Positions 61,970 to 64,000 of a stretch of 64,000 bases of DNA are shown piece by piece; within the stretch, counting starts at the first letter, position 1; every line of letters begins with the position of its first letter. The notes under the pieces were generated by a model, which worked only from the letters and a program-made list of their open reading frames with translations, searched no databases and was not told the origin of the DNA. Both the position numbers and the translations under genes were made by a program. The stretch spans positions 877-64,876 of the forward strand of contig JAJDCO010000092.1 in the NCBI GenBank assembly GCA_029260795.1. The letters are read 5' to 3'. The stretch is from Planctomycetota bacterium. Its GTDB lineage: Bacteria; Planctomycetota; OFTM77.

Positions 61970-62245
61970 GAGTCTCTCCGGACGAAGGGGAAAGGTCGCG
62001 GCTCGCCGCTCTTGGAGCCAAGGTCCGACATGCTACCTCGTCTGCAAATCCTCGTCACCGATCTCCATGCCGTTTTGACAGCCGTGAGGGCGCCCGGTTA
62101 GCCTGTGCCCGGACTCGGAGCTCGCGACTCGGTGCTTCGAGGGCAGGCGTGGGGGAGGTGATCTTGGCGGATCCCTGAGCCGCGCCCGACCGGCTTTCGT
62201 AGCGGAGCTCGTCTCGAGTCGCCACCGCACGTTGCAGATGAGGTC

Positions 62246-64000
62246 ATGAAGCAACTCGCCCTCGTTCTCGTCTTGTGGCTTCCGGCCTGCGGCTTGATCC
62301 CGGACGGATCGTCGAGCGCGAGCAAGCCGGGGCCGATCACGAACATCGACTATCGTGTTTGGCTGCGCGACGTCGGAGCGCGTGAGATCGAGGTCGAGCT
62401 TCGGTTCAAGGCGCCGGGTCACCAGCAAGTCACGCTGGGGCTTCCGGCTTGGACTCTCGTCCCCGAGATCCGCGATCTGCGCCGATTCGTCACGAGCCTG
62501 ACGGCCCGCGACGGGGTGGGCCGCAGCCTCGAGGTGCAGTTTCGATCCAAGGACCTTTGGCAGATCACGCTCCAAGGAAACGAAGACGTTCAGATCCGCT
62601 ACCGCGTCAAGGCGACCGATCGGGCACCGACCGGAAACCAGGTGACCGACGACTTCGCCTACCTGGTCGGCGGTGCGACCTTCGTGTACATCCTCGAAGC
62701 GTTCGACGTCCCCGTGACTGTGGCCATCGAGCCGCATGCCGAGTGGCAGATCGTGACGACGCTGGAGTCGACGCCCGAGGCGGGGATCTTCCGGGCCGAT
62801 CGCTACGAGGTCCTGCTGGAGCACCCGATCGCACTGGGACAGTTCCGCTACCTCGACTTCGAGATCTCACGCGAGGTCGGAGGCGTGAGCCGCACGATTC
62901 GAATGCAGCTGGCCGTCGACACTCACGACGAGCGATACGCTTCCAATCTCGCCGCGCTTCGCGACCAACTCCGCGAGATGACTTGGGGTCATCTTCAGCT
63001 CATGCGCGACTTCCCCTTCCTCGCCAGCGAGAAGTACACCTTCCTCATCTTGCTCGATGAGAGCGCCGTGGTTGATGGCTTTGGCTTTCCGCGGATGACC
63101 GTCTTGACCGGTGCTCCCTCCAACCTCGGGACCCATGATCAGGCCCTGCTTCGGGTCGCGTCCCGGGAGTTCGGCCACGTCTGGTTCGGCGGTCGCGTGC
63201 CTAAGGGCGAGGCGAGCCCGGACGTGCTCGGGCGCGAGTTCTACGGGATGGTGTATTGGGTGCTCTATGGCTGGAGCGCCTACTACGGTGATCTGGTCTT
63301 GCTCCGCGCCGGGCTGCTCGACGAGGAGACGTTCCTGACCGGCCTCACCGACGACATCACCGCGCTGCGCGCCTGTCAGTCCCGAACCAGTCTCAGCCCC
63401 GCCGCATCGAGCTACTTGATCTGGTTCTATCGTTACGGCGATTGGGCGGAAGAGCAGCAAGGTGTCCACCCGCGACGGGTCGGCCGCCTCTTGGCCCTCG
63501 CCCTCGATCTGTTTCTTCGCGAGACCACACTCAACAACAAGAACCTCGACACGGTCGTGCGCGAGCTCAAGGAGCTCTTCGGCAACGCGCGTCGGACGCT
63601 GACGATCATGGACGTGATCGACGCACTCACGCGAAACCTCGGTCAGGCGGTGCTTCGCCGGTTCGGCAAGCACATCTATGGAACCGATGAGCCCGAGTGG
63701 GATGAGTACCTTCGCTGGGTCGGGATGCACTTGCAGTCCGAGGTCATCGAGGCCGGGGCCGACTCGGGCTTCGAGTTTCGAGAGGTGTTCCCGGGACGGT
63801 TCTTCATCGAGAGCGTCGCGAGCGAGGGCCCGGCTCGGAAATTCGGCCTGGCGGTGGGTGACGAGATCCTCTCCATCGACGGAGAGCCGGGGGAGCGTAC
63901 GGCCGAGCGCATGGCCGAGCTGGCGCCGGGTGAGAATCTCGAGCTGCAAGTCCGTCATGCCGACGGGCGGGTCGAGGAGTACACGGTCGACGTTCGGGCT
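62246..64000 (+). CDS. M61-like peptidase homolog with PDZ domain, degenerate active site, 3'-partial (absent from the ORF track)
   Basis: My translation from ATG 62246: LPAC lipobox, LPAWT, YLVGGATF, SREFGHVW, YYGDLVLLRAGL, PDZ GPARKFGLAVGDEILSIDG. Open to the window end. Confidence 0.85.
   Translation, partial: MKQLALVLVLWLPACGLIPDGSSSASKPGPITNIDYRVWLRDVGAREIEVELRFKAPGHQQVTLGLPAWTLVPEIRDLRRFVTSLTARDGVGRSLEVQFRSKDLWQITLQGNEDVQIRYRVKATDRAPTGNQVTDDFAYLVGGATFVYILEAFDVPVTVAIEPHAEWQIVTTLESTPEAGIFRADRYEVLLEHPIALGQFRYLDFEISREVGGVSRTIRMQLAVDTHDERYASNLAALRDQLREMTWGHLQLMRDFPFLASEKYTFLILLDESAVVDGFGFPRMTVLTGAPSNLGTHDQALLRVASREFGHVWFGGRVPKGEASPDVLGREFYGMVYWVLYGWSAYYGDLVLLRAGLLDEETFLTGLTDDITALRACQSRTSLSPAASSYLIWFYRYGDWAEEQQGVHPRRVGRLLALALDLFLRETTLNNKNLDTVVRELKELFGNARRTLTIMDVIDALTRNLGQAVLRRFGKHIYGTDEPEWDEYLRWVGMHLQSEVIEAGADSGFEFREVFPGRFFIESVASEGPARKFGLAVGDEILSIDGEPGERTAERMAELAPGENLELQVRHADGRVEEYTVDVRA

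Overview
High-GC bacterial chromosomal window, most consistent with an uncultured Planctomycetota lineage (DUF1501/PPC/DUF1549-DUF1553/planctomycete cytochrome c-WD40 cluster, three CRTAC1/ASPIC-UnbV proteins, many secreted proteins). It holds about 43 likely CDSs. Housekeeping genes are thiC with a TPP riboswitch, gltX, typA, an S1 paralog, cutC and a DJ-1 family protein. Other content: tRNA-Glu(CTC), tRNA-Gln(CTG), a MacB-type ABC/HlyD exporter, a GcvT plus two CrtI-like oxidoreductase operon, several secreted proteases, and a REP-like repeat cluster. No CRISPR array, rRNA, integrase or transposase was seen. Best novel candidates: (1) an unannotated ~100-nt minus-strand sRNA with a complete sigma54 promoter architecture and three CU-rich anti-Shine-Dalgarno loops (52728-52990); (2) a shared C-terminal, possibly sorting, domain on two adjacent secreted proteins; (3) a CRTAC1-parvulin fusion divergent from a catalytically degenerate M61-PDZ protein; (4) a multidomain gingipain-like C25 protein; (5) a stand-alone sigma region-4 protein, a coiled-coil-less mini-Skp and a membrane-anchored BRCT protein. 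All family calls come from motif recognition by eye, not database searches.
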